A DNA stretch of 64,000 nucleotides from Anaeromyxobacter sp. (GCA_049840735.1 JASGJN010000020.1:544001-608000); one strand, 5' to 3'. Numbered from the stretch's first letter, positions 42,447 through 55,313 are shown. The notes: generated by a model from the letters alone, not told the origin. Program-made: numbers and translations.

Positions 42447-44687
42447 CTACACCCGGTCGTGGAAGGTGCGGTTGATCACGTCCAGCTGCTGCTCGCGCGT
42501 CAGCTTGACGAAGTTCACCGCGTAGCCGGAGACGCGGATGGTGAGCTGCGGGTACTGCTCCGGGTGCTCCATCGCGTCGAGCAGCGTGGCGCGGTCGAGC
42601 ACGTTCACGTTCACCTGGAAGCCGCCCTCGGCGAAGTAGCCGTCGAGCACGCCGGTCAGGTTCTGCACCTGCTCGGTGAACGTGGCGCCCAGGCCGGCCG
42701 GGACCACGGTGGTGGTCCAGGAGATGCCGTCGCGGGCGGCCTCGTAGGGGAGCTTGGCGATGGACATGGCCGCCGCCACCACGCCCTGCGTATCGCGGCC
42801 GTGCATGGGGTTGGCGCCGGGCGCGAAGGGCTCGCCCTGCTTGCGGCCGTCCGGCGTGGAGCCGGTGCTCTTGCCGTAGACCACGTTGGAGGTGATGGTC
42901 AGCACCGACTGCGTGTGCGTCGCGTTGCGGTAGGTCGGGTGCTTGCGCAGCTTCTCCATGAAGGTGCGCACCAGCCAGACGGCGATCTGGTCCACCCGCT
43001 CGTCGTCGTTGCCGTAGTGCGGGAACTCGCCCTCGACGGTGAAGTCCTTCGTGATCCCCTGCTCGTCGCGGACGGCCTTCACCCTGGCGTGGCGGATGGC
43101 GGAGAGGCTGTCGGCCACCACGGAGAGGCCGGCGATGCCGAAGGCCATGGTCCGCAGCGGGTCGTAGTCGTGCAGCGCCATCTCCAGGCGCTCGTACGCG
43201 TAGCGGTCGTGCATGTAGTGGATGCAGTTCATCGCGTTCACGTACACGCCGGCCAGCCAGTCCATCATGGCGTCGAAGCGGGCCTCGACCTCCTTCGTGT
43301 CGAGCACGTCGCCCTGGAGCGGCGGCAGCGCCGGCCCCACCTGCTCGCCGGTCAGCTCGTCGCGGCCGCCGTTGAGCGCGTAGAGCAGGCACTTGGCCAG
43401 GTTCACGCGGGCGCCGAAGAGCTGCATCTGCTGCCCCACGCGCATGGCGGAGACGCAGCAGGCGATGGCGGTGTCGTCGCCGGTCACCGGCCGCATCAGG
43501 TCGTCGCTCTCGTACTGCACCGAGGAGGTCTCGATGGACACCTTGGCGCAGTAGCGCTTGAAGCCCTCCGGCAGCGAGGGCGACCAGAGCACCGTCATGT
43601 TGGGCTCGGGCGCCGGGCCGAGGTTCTCCAGGGTGTGCAGGAAGCGGAAGCTGGTGCGGGTCACCAGCGTGCGCCCGTCCTCGCCCATGCCGCCGATCGA
43701 CTCGGTGACCCAGGTCGGATCGCCGGAGAAGAGCGCGTCGTAGTCGCGGGTGCGGAGGAAGCGGACCAGGCGCAGCTTGATGACCAGGTCGTCCATCAGC
43801 TCCTGCGCGCCGGCCTCGTCCAGCACGCCGCTGGCGAGGTCACGCTGCAGGTAGACGTCCACGAAGGTCGAGGTCCGGCCCAGCGACATGGCGGCGCCGT
43901 TCTGCTCCTTCACCGCGCCCAGGTAGGCGAAGTAGAGCCACTGGATGGCCTCGCGCGCGGTCTTCGCCGGACCGGAGATGTCGCAGCCGTAGGCGGCCGC
44001 CATCTCCTTGAGCTCCTGCAGGGAGCGGATCTGCTCGGCCAGCTCCTCGCGATCGCGGATCACCTCGTCGGTGGAGTGGAGCCTGTCCAGGCCGGCGCGC
44101 TCCACCTTCTTGGCGGCGATGAGCCGATCCACGCCGTAGAGCGGGACGCGGCGGTAGTCGCCGATGATGCGGCCGCGGCCGTAGGCGTCGGGCAGGCCGG
44201 TGATGATGTGGTTCGAGCGGGCCTTGCGGATCTCCGGCGTGTACGCGTCGAACACGCCGTCGTTGTGGGTCTTGCGCCAGCGGGTGAAGACCTCGCGGAG
44301 CCGCGGGTCGGCCTCGAAGCCGTAGGCCTCCAGGCTGGACTCCACCATGCGCCAGCCGCCGTTGGGGAAGATGGCGCGCTTGAGCGGCGCCTCGGTCTGC
44401 AGGCCGACGATCTTCTCCAGGGCCTGGTCGATGTAGCCGGCGCCGTGGGCGGTGATGGAGCTGGGGATCTGCGAGACGTCGAGCACGCCCTTCTTCCGCT
44501 CCTCCTCCAGCAGGGCCTTGGTCTTCTCCCAGACGGCCCGGGTGCGCGGCGTGGGCTCGGCCAGGAAGGCGTCATCGCCGGTGTACGGCGTGTAGTTCCG
44601 CTGGATGAAGTCGCGGACGTCGATCCGCTCCTGCCAGGGGCCTGCCTCGAACGCCTTCCAAGCCTCGATCTCGCGCGCTGCGGCCAT
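42447..44687 (-). CDS. pflB: Pyruvate formate-lyase
   Basis: [47 protein letters not shown] and the glycyl-radical motif IRVSGYAV. Confidence 0.97.
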   Translation of the reverse strand: MAAAREIEAWKAFEAGPWQERIDVRDFIQRNYTPYTGDDAFLAEPTPRTRAVWEKTKALLEEERKKGVLDVSQIPSSITAHGAGYIDQALEKIVGLQTEAPLKRAIFPNGGWRMVESSLEAYGFEADPRLREVFTRWRKTHNDGVFDAYTPEIRKARSNHIITGLPDAYGRGRIIGDYRRVPLYGVDRLIAAKKVERAGLDRLHSTDEVIRDREELAEQIRSLQELKEMAAAYGCDISGPAKTAREAIQWLYFAYLGAVKEQNGAAMSLGRTSTFVDVYLQRDLASGVLDEAGAQELMDDLVIKLRLVRFLRTRDYDALFSGDPTWVTESIGGMGEDGRTLVTRTSFRFLHTLENLGPAPEPNMTVLWSPSLPEGFKRYCAKVSIETSSVQYESDDLMRPVTGDDTAIACCVSAMRVGQQMQLFGARVNLAKCLLYALNGGRDELTGEQVGPALPPLQGDVLDTKEVEARFDAMMDWLAGVYVNAMNCIHYMHDRYAYERLEMALHDYDPLRTMAFGIAGLSVVADSLSAIRHARVKAVRDEQGITKDFTVEGEFPHYGNDDERVDQIAVWLVRTFMEKLRKHPTYRNATHTQSVLTITSNVVYGKSTGSTPDGRKQGEPFAPGANPMHGRDTQGVVAAAMSIAKLPYEAARDGISWTTTVVPAGLGATFTEQVQNLTGVLDGYFAEGGFQVNVNVLDRATLLDAMEHPEQYPQLTIRVSGYAVNFVKLTREQQLDVINRTFHDRV

Positions 44688-44973
44688 CTCGGTTTCTCGC
44701 TCCTCTGCCGGGCGGGCTCGGGGCCCCCAGGCTCGAAAAAGACGGCTGCACCTACCACGGGCACGCTCCCCTTTCCAAGCCTCGCCCGGGGCCGCATTTC
44801 CTGCGCAACCCTTTGCCGCGCCACGCCAATTTTCCGCCACCCACGCGTGGCGCCACCTCCAGGTTGCGCGGCGCTGTGTCCCAGGTCGTCGTCGCCGCAC
44901 CTGGGCAGTCGCGAGCCCCCAGAAGCGATAGAACACATGTCGCGCACCGTGCGCCCGGAGGAAGATCAGCGTC

Positions 44974-47900
44974 ATGCCGAACCGCCCCACGCCTTCGCCC
45001 ACGCTGGACCAGGAGCTGGTCCGCTACATCAACCTCAAGCTCTCGGCCCTCGGTGAGGCCCCCAGCGCGGCCACCGCTGACCCGCACTTCATGGAGATCG
45101 CGGGGCCGCTGCTGCAGAACCACTGCTACAAGGACCAGCTGCTCGGGTGGCCCCTCTGCCCGGTGGACGCCCGCATCCAGGCCTTCCTGGATCGCTACCT
45201 CGCGCCGGAGGGCGCGCCGCGGCTGCCCGGGCGCACCTTCGCGCTCGACCGGCCCGGCCTGGCCCGCACGCTCTCGCTGCCGGCCACCGCCGACCAGTTC
45301 GCCTCGCCCTACCTGACCTCGTACCGGCTGCAGCAGGGGGTCCTGCACAACCCCAAGGCCGACCGCCGCACCACGCAGGGGGTCTTCCACGTGGCCGAGG
45401 GCGGCCTCCCGGTGCCGGACGACAAGCTCTCGGTGCCCAAGGCCACCTTCGCGAAGCTGCTGGCTGCGGCCCTGAAGCCGCCGCCGGACGTGCTCACCGT
45501 CCCCTTCACCGCCGACCAGCCGGAGGTGGCGCGCCTCTTCGTCTCGCTGCTGCTCCGGCCGCTGGTCTGCCCGGCCACCGATCGCGATCCCCAGAAGCGG
45601 ATGGAGATCCGCTTCTTCGCGCCGGGCTCGCTGGTCTCGAACCTCGACTTCGTCGAGACCATCTTCGGCAACGGCGGCGACCCGTACCTGCCGGAGAACG
45701 ACGCTGCGCTGGACGTGCTGGGGTGGACCGGTCACACCGGCTGCGTGATCCTGGCTCCGCACCTGGTGGACGTGCGCGCCAAGGACGTCGGGCTGCCCCA
45801 CTTCGACCAGGCCACCGAGCGGCAGCGCCGCGACGGCATGTTCTGGCGCAAGGCCGACGACAAGTACAACGGCGGCAAGGCGTTCAAGGTGACGGCCCGC
45901 GACGTGAGCGGCGTGTGCGTCACCGTCATCGCCGACAACTACTACGGCTACTGCAAGAAGGAGGTGAAGACGCAGATCTCCTTCGCCGCCAACCTGTACG
46001 GCCTCTCCGAGGAGGAGCACGCCGGCGGCGCCATCGCCTACCCGACCTAGGTGCTCGGCCAGGACTTCTTCGCCGACCGCAGCTTCGAGCCCTCCGGCAT
46101 CACCTACGAGCAGGGGCTGGCGCTGCTGGGCGACCGCGCCGAGCCGCAGCCCGGGCCGCTACGCGGTGGACCGCCAGCACCCGGACATCTTCTACGTGCC
46201 GGAGAACGCCGAGTTCCACGTCCGCGAGGGCCTGGTGGCGTGGCAGCACGAGGGGCAGCGCCGCACGCTCACGCTGCGCGCCACCGACACCTACGTGCTG
46301 CCCTCCGGCTACCGCGTGCACCTCGAGAAGCAGCCGCGGCGGCACCGCCTGGCGGCTCATCGGCACCCGCGCCGACGGCGTGCTCTGCCACAAGCCGTGC
46401 ACGGTCTCCGGCGGCGGCAAGTCGGAGATCTCGAAGTCGCTCGCCTCGATCATCGAGCGCGCGCCCATCTTCGTGAAGGACTACCGCGCGACATGGACGT
46501 GGTGGAGGGATCGTCAAGCGTGACTTCTCCACCATCTACAAGGACAGCCGGAGACGCGCGCGCCACACGCCCGATCCTCAGCCCGGAGCGCTCGCTCGGC
46601 TCGGTGATCAAGCTGCTCACGCCTTCCGATGAGTACACCGATGAGTACAACGAATGGCTTGAGGCCCTGCCGCAGACCATCCGGCAGCTGGTGTTCACGC
46701 GTGAAGCGGCTACTACCAGCCGGAGTGGGGCGACGAGCTGGCGCGAGCATTTCACCGTCGATCGCGTGAACGGCTTCCCCGGGCACGAGCTGAAGTTCGA
46801 CAACCACAAGCTGGTAGCCAACTACCTGCGGGTCGGCTTCGAGCCGAAGAGCGGCTCCTGGCGCATCTACAAGCTGCGCCCGGACTTCCACCCGGCCAGA
46901 CAAAGTCCAGGTGGAGGACGACATCACCGCCTCGGTGACCGTGCCGCGCGAGCGCGTGGACCGGCTCGACCGAGAGTACTGCCCAACCCGAGCGTCAAGC
47001 TGGTGGCGAACTGCGAAGGCCTACCTGTTCCAGCGTCCGGACGACGCCGTCGCACACGCGGTTTCGACGCCCAGGCCGAAGTCGACATCGCCAGCCCGGG
47101 CACGTTCCTCTCCAACTTCGAGCCGCTCACAGCCGGGCCCAGGCCCAGGCCATGGTCGACCACGTGGTCGAGTTCGACCAGTACACCACCCCCATGAAGC
47201 GGCTGCTGGAGGGGTTCGTGGCGGCCGGCCAGACGCAGTTCGTGGCCTCGTCCGCCCACCCGCGCATGGTGGACGGCAAGCCCTCGAAGAATCCGCGCTA
47301 CCTGCAGCGCCGGCCTGACGAGGTCCGCCCCCGCGAGACCTACCTGGCCGAGATCGGCGAGCGGCTCGAAGCGGAAGGTCCCGGCCTCCCGCCCGCTGCT
47401 CATGCCGGTGCACGCCGTGCTGGCGGGGCGCCGCAACAACCCGCCCCAGCCCGAGATCGGCCTGCCCCCGCTGGCGGTCTACAGCCCCATCCACTACCAG
47501 GAGCTGCCCGAGCTGTTCATGGACTTCGTGTCCAGCCTCACGGGCAAGTCCCCCTCGACCACCGGCTTCGGCACCGAGGGCGCGCTCACCAAGGCGCCGT
47601 TCAACGCGCTCTGGCCGGTGGTGGACCTGAACAACGCGCTGGTGTCGTTCATCCTCACCGGCTACGCCGGCTTCACCACCGCCGCCGGCCACGTCGGCCC
47701 CGACTACCGGGTCGATCACGACATCAGCATGCTGGTGCCGGAGATCTGGTGCCGGATGAAGGGCGGCGAGCGCGAGGCCAAGGACCTGATCGAGGGCGGC
47801 TACCTCGAGAAGGTGGAGGACTTCGAGCTGGGCGGCCGCAAGGTGCTGGCCAGCCGCCTCGGCTACCGGATCACCTCCCGCTTCGTGGACCACTACCTGG

Positions 47901-48400
47901 GCCGCCTCTTCGAGACGCCCAGCACCGTGTTCACCCCAGAGATGCTCCGCCCCGAGCTGCAGGGGCGCGAGGTCTTCGCCGCCGGCGTCGACTCGATCGT
48001 GGAGGCCCAGACCCGGGTCGCCCGCGGCTACTTCGAGGACGGCAGCATCGAGGCCGCCTGCCCGCCGCTCGAGGCCCTGCTCCACGTCATGGCGCACGGC
48101 CAGTACGAGGGCATGGGCATCGACAACCCCAAGCTCCGCGCGCTCTTCACCCGCGAGGCGCTGCTCAAGAGCGAGTGGTACCGCGAGCGGCTCCGCACCA
48201 AGCAGCAGCGCGACATCGAGCTGTGGAAGCGCCACGTGGCCGCGCTGGAGGCCTTCCAGCCCGTCTCCGCCGGCGCCCTGCGCGACCTCGACGCCCGCCG
48301 CGCCGCCGCGCGCGACGGCCTGGCCCGCGTCAGCGCGCCGGCCTACCTCGACGAGCTGGTGGGCACCATCGGCGCGGATCCGCTGACGAAGCAGGTCTGA
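44974..48400 (+). CDS. PPi-dependent PEP carboxykinase (carboxytransphosphorylase); many frameshifts and an in-frame TAG at 46048-46050
   Basis: [99 protein letters not shown] and [17 protein letters not shown]. Confidence 0.9.
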
Positions 48401-48428
48401 TCGCGGCGGGCTGCGTTGCCCGCGGGCG

Positions 48429-48474
48429 CCGTTCGGCCTGAGCGCAGGGCCGCGCAGCGGCCCGCAGTCGAAGG
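48429..48474. repeat. REP-like repeat, family A (reverse orientation)
   Basis: ccgttcggcctgagc-gcagggccgcgcagcggcccgca-gtcgaagg. Confidence 0.8.
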
Positions 48475-48482
48475 CCAGGGAC

Positions 48483-48523
48483 AAGAACCCCGATCGCCGC
48501 GAGGCGGTCGGGGTTTCTGCTTT
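48483..48523 (+). terminator. Intrinsic terminator after the PPi-PEPCK gene
   Basis: aaccccgatcgcc-gcga-ggcggtcggggtt hairpin followed by a T-rich tail. Confidence 0.65.
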
Positions 48524-48683
48524 CAGCGCCGAGCAACTTGATTCGGGCTGATATGGTCAGGGCTGCGGCAGGAGGACCTTCCCGTGAAGATCTACAGGCG
48601 CAGCCGGCGCCGGGCTTCGATTGGGTCACTCCTGTGAACGATGACGCCCTCGACGCAGCCAGCGCCCACTGCTCGACCACGCC

Positions 48684-49070
48684 ATGCCCCGGAACCTCTG
48701 CATCGAGTTCCACGACTCCACGGTCCACGGCATCCGCATGGCCGGCCCGGACGCGATCGTGGAGATCTCCGTCTACGTGCACAGCAGCGCTGGGGTCCCG
48801 GGCGTCGACCCGGGGCTGGGCTGGTTCCAGGCGGCGGAGCTGATCCTGTCGGAGGGCGTGATCGAGCACGCCCCCTCCGGTTTCCCGCTTGCGCTCTTCG
48901 ATGGCGTCCTCGCAATCGACTCCGACCGCTTCGACGACGGCCCACCCTTGCCGCTCGACCGGGCAGGCCAGGTGCGTCTGGAGCTGCAGGGGAACAGCGA
49001 GCTGGTGATGGTGGGCACCCGGATCCGCTGTGAGCTCAGGGGCGCGCCGGGCGAGCCCGAGGAGACCTAG
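48684..49070 (+). CDS. Hypothetical protein (128 aa)
   Basis: Globular-looking sequence (IEFHDS...YVHSSAGVPGVDPGLGWFQ) with coding-like codon usage. Confidence 0.65.
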   Translation: MPRNLCIEFHDSTVHGIRMAGPDAIVEISVYVHSSAGVPGVDPGLGWFQAAELILSEGVIEHAPSGFPLALFDGVLAIDSDRFDDGPPLPLDRAGQVRLELQGNSELVMVGTRIRCELRGAPGEPEET

Positions 49071-49902
49071 GGGAGATTGGGGTCGATTCGCTCCCCAGAT
49101 CGCCACCACGAGAATCCGGTTTCGGGCACACTCTGGAAACTCCAGGGCATCGCGACGATTGAGAGGCCACTGGTCGTCAGATGCGGACGGCTGCCCGCCT
49201 GGCCTCGGTGCCGTTGCCCCGCTCGGCGTCGTCCCTCCGCGCCTCCGGAGCGGCCGCTTCGCTCGGACTTGCTGCGGCCCGGCCGACCGGGCCGCTCCGC
49301 GCGCGGGCCGGACTCCGTGTCATCGCGAGCCGGGCACAACGCAGGCCCCTCGCCGACCGGTGAGCGGTCCACTCCCGCGCCGTGCTTGAAGGTGTCGGTC
49401 GGCGAGGGGCCTTTGGACGGGTGCCCGGCTCGCACCGCTGGACGCGTGCCGCGCGCGCACCTGGTCGGCGTGTGATGCGGGCCTCCGCGAAAGTCCTCGC
49501 TTCGCGGCCGTCCTGCGGCGCTCCGAGACTTGCTGCGGCGATCGCTGCGCGGGTGATCCGTCGGAGCCGCGGCCATCCTGGTGCCGGCCTCAAATGACCC
49601 GCTCCAAAGCCCTCTCACCCTCCCTCAGCACGGCGCCGCCCGCGGCGCTGGGGCAGGGGCTCCCCGGCGCCCTGTGCCGCCGGAGGGACAACACGCGTCT
49701 CGGCAACGGCATCAACGCCGGCAGCGTCGCCACGCCCGACTTCACCTTCTCGTCCCTCGAGCTCCCTGGCCCTCCGGAAGGTCGGTCGGCTCGTCCAAGA
49801 CCAGCCGCCCTCCCCTCACCTGTGCCTTGAGCGCCTTCATGCGACCCTCATCACACGCGTTCCCCTGACGAACCGCAGGGGGCCGAGCGCTCCTCCGGCC
49901 CC

Positions 49903-51521
49903 CTACCCCACCGCGATCACCACTCCCTCGTACGCCCCCAGCATCCGCTGCGCCCCGGTCCGCGCCGGCGCGTCCGCCCGCGACGAGATGACCAGCCTCG
50001 CGTCCGCCGGCACCGGCACCTCCACCGGCCGGGGCGCGAAGTTCACCAGGACCCGCAGCCGCTCGCCCTCCACCGCGCGATCGAAGGCCAGCACGTCCGC
50101 CGGCGCCGCGGCGGGCACGAAGGCGCCGCGGTGGAGTGCGGGTGGGCCCGGCGCGCCTCCAGCAGCCGGCGCGTCAAGGCCAGCATGCCGGCCGGATCCT
50201 CGCGCTGCGCCTCCACGTTGCGCGTGGCGTGGTCGGCGTGGAGCGGCAGCCAGGGCTTCACGCCGGGTGCCGTGAACCCGGCGAGCGGGCCAGGGTCCCA
50301 GGCCATGGGCGTGCGGCAGGGGTCGCGCCCCAGCCCCAGCCCCTGCACGTTCCTGCCCCAGGGGTCCTGCGCCTCCTCGGGCGGGACCGGCACGTCGGTC
50401 ATCCCCAGCTCGTCGCCGTAGTAGAGCGTGGGCGTGCCGCGCAGCGTGAGCAGCAGCACCATGGCGGCGCGGGCCGCCTCCGGCCCGACGCGCGTGGCGA
50501 TGCGCTGCTCGTCGTGGTTGCCCAGCACCCAGTTCGGCCAGGCGCCCGCGGGCAGCGAGGCCTCCAGCGCGTCCACCACCACCCGCACCGCCGCCGCGTT
50601 CCAGGGCGTGGAGAGGAGCTTGAAGTTGAACGGCATGTGCAGCTCGTCCAGCTCCGCGCCGTAGTAGCTGGCCCAGGCCGAGAGGTCGTGGTGGTGGATC
50701 TCCCCGATGGCCACCTTGTCGCCCCCGCGGGCGTCGAGCAGCCTGCGCAGCTCGCGGAAGACGCCGTGGACGTCGTCGTGGCCGCGGTCGTGGAGGTGCA
50801 GCTGGCGGCCCCAGTCGCCGGTGTCCTTGTGGAAGGTGCGCAGCCCCTCCGGCACCGGCGGGTTGTCGCGCAGGGCCGGGTCCTTCATCACCGCGTGGGC
50901 CACGTCGATCCGGAAGCCGTCCACGCCGCGGTCGAGCCAGAAGTCGAGCGTGGCCAGCATGGCCCTTCGCAGCTCGGGGTTGCGCCAGTTGAGGTCGGGC
51001 TGCTCGCGCAGGAAGGAGTGCAGGTACCACTGCCCGGAGGCCGGGTCGAAGGTCCAGGCCGGCCCGCCGAAGGCGGAGAGCCAGTTGTTGGGCGGCGAGC
51101 CGCCCGGGCGCCCGTCGCGCCAGACGTACCAGTCTCGCCGCGGGCTCCGCCGGCTGCCGCGCGAGTCGAGGAACCACGGGTGCTGGTCGCTGCTGTGGTT
51201 GGGCACCCAGTCGACGATCACCTTCAGGCCCAGCCGGTGGGCCTCGGCGGCCAGCCGGTCGAAGTCGGCCAGGGTTCCGAAGATGGGATCGACGTCGCAG
51301 TAGTCGCTGACGTCGTAGCCGAAGTCCTTCATCGGCGAGCGGTAGAAGGGTGAGATCCAGACCGCGTCCACGCCCAGCCAGGCCAGGTACGCCAGGCGGG
51401 CGGTGATGCCCGGCAGGTCGCCCACGCCGTCGCCGTTCGAGTCCTGGAAGCTGCGCGGGTAGACCTGGTAGACGACGCCGGTCTGCCACCACCGGGCCGC
51501 GGTCGGGAGGGAGCGGGACAT
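49903..51521 (-). CDS. GH13 alpha-glucosidase/oligo-1,6-glucosidase (frameshift near 50135)
   Basis: WWQ..VYQVYPRSFQDSNGDG.GDL, DFGYDVSDY, VPNH, QPDLNW, GFRIDVAH, IGE, NHD and GRDPCRTPM. Confidence 0.93.
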
Positions 51522-51886
51522 GCCAGGGAGCTTAACGTTCCGTGCACGAGGCCGGGGCTCGCTCCGGCCAGCCGCCCCCACCGAACCCGGAGGGGCAGCG
51601 ACCTGGTCACGGGGCGCACCGCCTGGCGGACCCCATCTGGATCCACCAGCGACCGCTCGCCGCCCCGTCGCCGGTGGGTCCGCGGTGCGCGGGGGTCAGG
51701 GGGCTGGGGTCCGGGGGACCTGCCCGCACCCAACGCACGGGGCGGACGGGCCCTGAACCGCGGCCGGCCTCCCCTGCTAACCCCCCGTGATCGCACCGCT
51801 GCCACGTCCACAAAGCCGCGATTTGACGTGGTTCGTTCCCTGCATCGGCAGACCGCGGCGGCGCAGGCCTGCCGCCGGAGCCTCCC

Positions 51887-52330
51887 GTGACCCCCACCCA
51901 GGCACCTCCCCCCGAGCGCACGTCGATCCTGCTGGTGGACGACGACCCCTCCCTGCTCCGCGCCTTCGCGCGCGTGTTCGGGCAGGTCTGGGACATCCAG
52001 GGAGCCTCCTCCGGCGAGGAGGCGCTGCAGCTGCTGGCCCAGCGCCGCTTCGACGTGGCCATCGTGGACTACTCGATGCCGGGCATGGACGGCGTCGAGC
52101 TGCTGCGCCGGCTGGCCGACGACCACCCCACCACCGCGCGCCTCATGCTCACCGCCTACGCCGACCTGCCCGGCGTGGTGGCGCAGCGCGACCTGGGGCT
52201 GGCCGCGGCCGTGCTCACCAAGCCCTGGGAGCGCGCCGACGTCGAGAAGGCGATCAACCGGGCGCTCCAGCTCACGGCCATGCAGCGGGCCGTCAACCAG
52301 ATGCGCCGGCGCGTCGATCGCCCGGGGTGA
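51887..52330 (+). CDS. Single-domain response regulator
   Basis: ILLVDDD, VDYSMPGMDG, LTAY and KPW. Confidence 0.9.
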   Translation: MTPTQAPPPERTSILLVDDDPSLLRAFARVFGQVWDIQGASSGEEALQLLAQRRFDVAIVDYSMPGMDGVELLRRLADDHPTTARLMLTAYADLPGVVAQRDLGLAAAVLTKPWERADVEKAINRALQLTAMQRAVNQMRRRVDRPG

Positions 52331-53715
52331 CCTTGGCCCCTCCTCCCGAGCCCGATCCGATCCAGGCCCGCAGGATCCTCGCCTGCCCCACCCTGCCCTC
52401 GCTCCCCGCGGTGGCGCTGGAGACGCTGCGCCTCTGCCAGTCGGACGAGATCGACCTCGGCCGCATCGCCGAGACGGTCGGGCGCGATCCGGCCATCACC
52501 GCCAAGCTCCTGCGCGCCGCCAACTCGGCCTCGCTGGCCACCCGCGGCAAGGTCGCCACGCTCACCCGCGCCGTGGCGCTGGTGGGGACCAACGCCACCC
52601 TCTCCATCGCCCTCTCCTTCTCGCTGGTCCGCGGCCGGCGCCGCGCCGACGGCGACGGCTTCGACCACGCCGCCTTCTGGCGCCGGGCGCTCTTCTCCGC
52701 CCTGGCCGGGCGCGCGCTGGCCGAGCTGCGCGGGCTGGACCAGGACGAGCTGTTCGTCACCTGCCTGCTGCAGGACCTGGGCGTGCTGGCGCTGCAGGAG
52801 GTCTTCGGCCGCACCTACGGCGAGCTGTACCGCGAGGCGGGCGGCGACCACGAGCGGCTGGAGCCGCTGGAGCAGGAGCGGCTGGGCGTGACGCACACGC
52901 AGGCCACCACGCTCCTCCTGCGCCACTGGAACCTGCCCGAGCAGCTGCAGCGCGCCTCGGAGGACGCCCACGCCACGCACGCCGGCCCCGGCGGCGCCCT
53001 GCAGCGCCGCTTCGAGGTGGTCCACCTCTCCGGACGGCTGGCCGACGTCTGGGTGGCACCGGCGCCCGCGCCCGCCCTGGAGCGCGCGCTGGCGGTGGCG
53101 GTGGAGCGGCTGGGCGCAGCCCAGGAGCTCGTCTCGCAGGCGCTGGCCCGCATGGCGCTGACCGTGCCCGAGGCCGCCACCGACTTCGACGTGGACCTGG
53201 GCGGCCCGGATCACGCGGAGGTGGTGCTGGCGGAGGCCGCGGCCTGGCGGCGGAGCCGCACCGGCGCGGGCAGCCCCTGGAGCAGCGCCGCCGGCCTGCC
53301 CCCGGAGCCGCTGGTCCCGGCCCTGGCCCTCGCGGCGCAGCAGGCGGACGCGCACGGCACGCCCTTCGGCCTGGTGCTGGCCGCCCCCACCTCGCCCGGC
53401 GGGGCCCCCGCGGTGCGCGAGGCGCTGGCCGCCTCGGTGCGAGGGAGCGACGGCCTGCAGGTCCACGGGGAGGCGCTCGCGGCGCTGCTCTTCACCACCG
53501 GGCTGGAGGGCGCCACGGCGGTGGCCCGCCGCGTCCGCACGCGCCTGGCCGCGAGCGGCGTCCAGGCCCGCCTGGCGGTGGGCGCCTGGGAGGGCGGCCC
53601 GGCCGACGCCGCGGCCCTGCTGCACGGGCTGGAGCAGGCGCTGGAGCTGGCCGAGCCGGGCGGCCCGGAGCTGCGCTGGGATGCGCGCTCGCGCTCGGTC
53701 CGGTGGGAGGCCTGA
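52327..53715 (+). CDS. HDOD-domain protein with a degenerate GGDEF-like C-terminus
   Basis: LPSLP.VA, DPAITAKLLRAANS, FWRRAL, LLQDLG.L, E...LG.TH and W.LP. The C-terminal region lacks an intact GGDEF motif. Confidence 0.85.
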   Translation: MTLAPPPEPDPIQARRILACPTLPSLPAVALETLRLCQSDEIDLGRIAETVGRDPAITAKLLRAANSASLATRGKVATLTRAVALVGTNATLSIALSFSLVRGRRRADGDGFDHAAFWRRALFSALAGRALAELRGLDQDELFVTCLLQDLGVLALQEVFGRTYGELYREAGGDHERLEPLEQERLGVTHTQATTLLLRHWNLPEQLQRASEDAHATHAGPGGALQRRFEVVHLSGRLADVWVAPAPAPALERALAVAVERLGAAQELVSQALARMALTVPEAATDFDVDLGGPDHAEVVLAEAAAWRRSRTGAGSPWSSAAGLPPEPLVPALALAAQQADAHGTPFGLVLAAPTSPGGAPAVREALAASVRGSDGLQVHGEALAALLFTTGLEGATAVARRVRTRLAASGVQARLAVGAWEGGPADAAALLHGLEQALELAEPGGPELRWDARSRSVRWEA

Positions 53716-53721
53716 CGGCGC

Positions 53722-55313
53722 ATGCGGCTCGGCACCCTCCTGTTGCTGAATCGGCCTGGTGGCCGCCGCCGCCCTGGCCACGCTGGCCTGGCTGGTGACG
53801 CATCACGCGCCGGGCGCCGTCGCCGTGGGGATCGCCCTGGCCGCCATCGGCGCGCTGGGGATCGGCGCGCTGGTGGTCCTGCCGCGGCTGGCCCGCGGGC
53901 TGGGCGCGCTGCGGCGGGCGGCCCACCGGCTGCGCGACGGCGACCTGGCCACGCCGGTGGCGCTGCCCGGGCAGGACGAGCTGTCGGAGATCGCCGCCGC
54001 GCTGGAGGGGATGCGCAGGGCCCTGGGGGCCAGCCTGGTCTCGTCCGACCGGCTGGAGGCCACCGTGGCCGAGCGCACCGCCGAGCTGGAGCGGTCGCGC
54101 GCCGAGCTGGCCGCGCGGGTCATGCAGCTCGAGGCGGCGCGCGCCCAGCTGGGCGCCGCCGAGCGGCTGGCCGCGGTGGGCCGGCTCGCCCGCGGCCTCA
54201 CCCACGAGATCAACAACCCGCTGGCCGTGGCGCTGGCCTCCATCGACTACGCCAGCGACGAGCTGGCCCGGGCCCCTGCCCCCCATCGGCCCCAGCCACG
54301 ACGACGTCCGGGCGGCGCTGGACGAGGCGGCCCAGGCCGGCCGCCGCGTGGCGCGCATCCTCCGCGACCTGATGGCCTTCGCCCGCGAGCACGGGCCCGG
54401 CGGCGGCCCGGCCGACCTGACCGAGGTGCTGGAGCAGGTCTCCCGGCTGGTCGGCCCGGAGAATCCGCGCCCGGGCCCGCTTCACCGTGCGCCGGCCGCC
54501 GGTGCCGCTGCTGGTGCAGGGCGGCGCCGCGGGGCTGGCGCAGGTGCTGGTGCAGCTGCTGCTCGAGGCCGCGGCCGCCATCCAGGCCGATGACCGCGAC
54601 CGGAACGAGGTCACGCTGGACGCGCGGGCGGACGGCCCGGACGCGCTGGTGGAGGTCCGCGACACCGGCCCGCTCATCGCCCCCGAGATCCTCTCCCACG
54701 TCTTCAATCCCTACTACCGCCCCAACCCCGGCTTCGTGGCCACCGCGGGATCCCGGGGCGAGGGGCTGGCGCTGGCCGCCTGCCACGGGCTGGTGGAGGC
54801 GGCGGGCGGCTCGCTCACCGCGGAGAGCGCCGAGGGCCTCGGCACCGTCTTCCGCATCCGGCTGCGCGGCGCCACCTCGCGCACGCGGGTGAGCCTGCGG
54901 GGCGGCGACGCGCCGCGGGCGCGGGCGAGGGTGCTGGTGGTGTGCGAGGACCCGCTGAGCTGCGCCGGCCTCTACCGCAGCCTGGCCGGCCGCTTCGACG
55001 TGGTGCCGCACACCAGCGCGGTGCACGCGGCCGGCCTGCTGGAGCAGGGCGAGCAGTTCCACGCGGTGGTCTGCAATCTCCCGTGCGCCTCGGGCATGCG
55101 GGCCGACTTCCACCAGCGCCTCGCCGCCGCGGCCCCGGCCCTGGCGCGCGCCGCCGTCCACCTGGTCAACGACCCGCCGGATCCCGCCGAGGCGGCCTTC
55201 CTCGGCATGCTCGGGCTGGACGGCTTCTCCGCCAGGACGGCCCCGACGCCCTGGTCCACCGCACCGCGAACGCCTGCGCCGCGGCCGCCGCGACCGACGC
55301 CGGCGCGGCCTGA
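53722..55313 (+). CDS. HAMP sensor histidine kinase with a degenerate receiver domain (several frameshifts)
   Basis: Two TM helices, HAMP (GDL...DELSEIA), ERLAAVGRLARGLTHEINNPL, DTGP.I...VFNPYY and GLAL, spread over frames. Confidence 0.8.

Noticed and set aside
46048..46050. In-frame TAG in the PPi-PEPCK gene as possible pyrrolysine or readthrough
   Set aside because: It lies at the edge of an indel-rich patch and is one base from TAC (Tyr). No pyl genes are in the window, so a base-call error or mutation is simpler.
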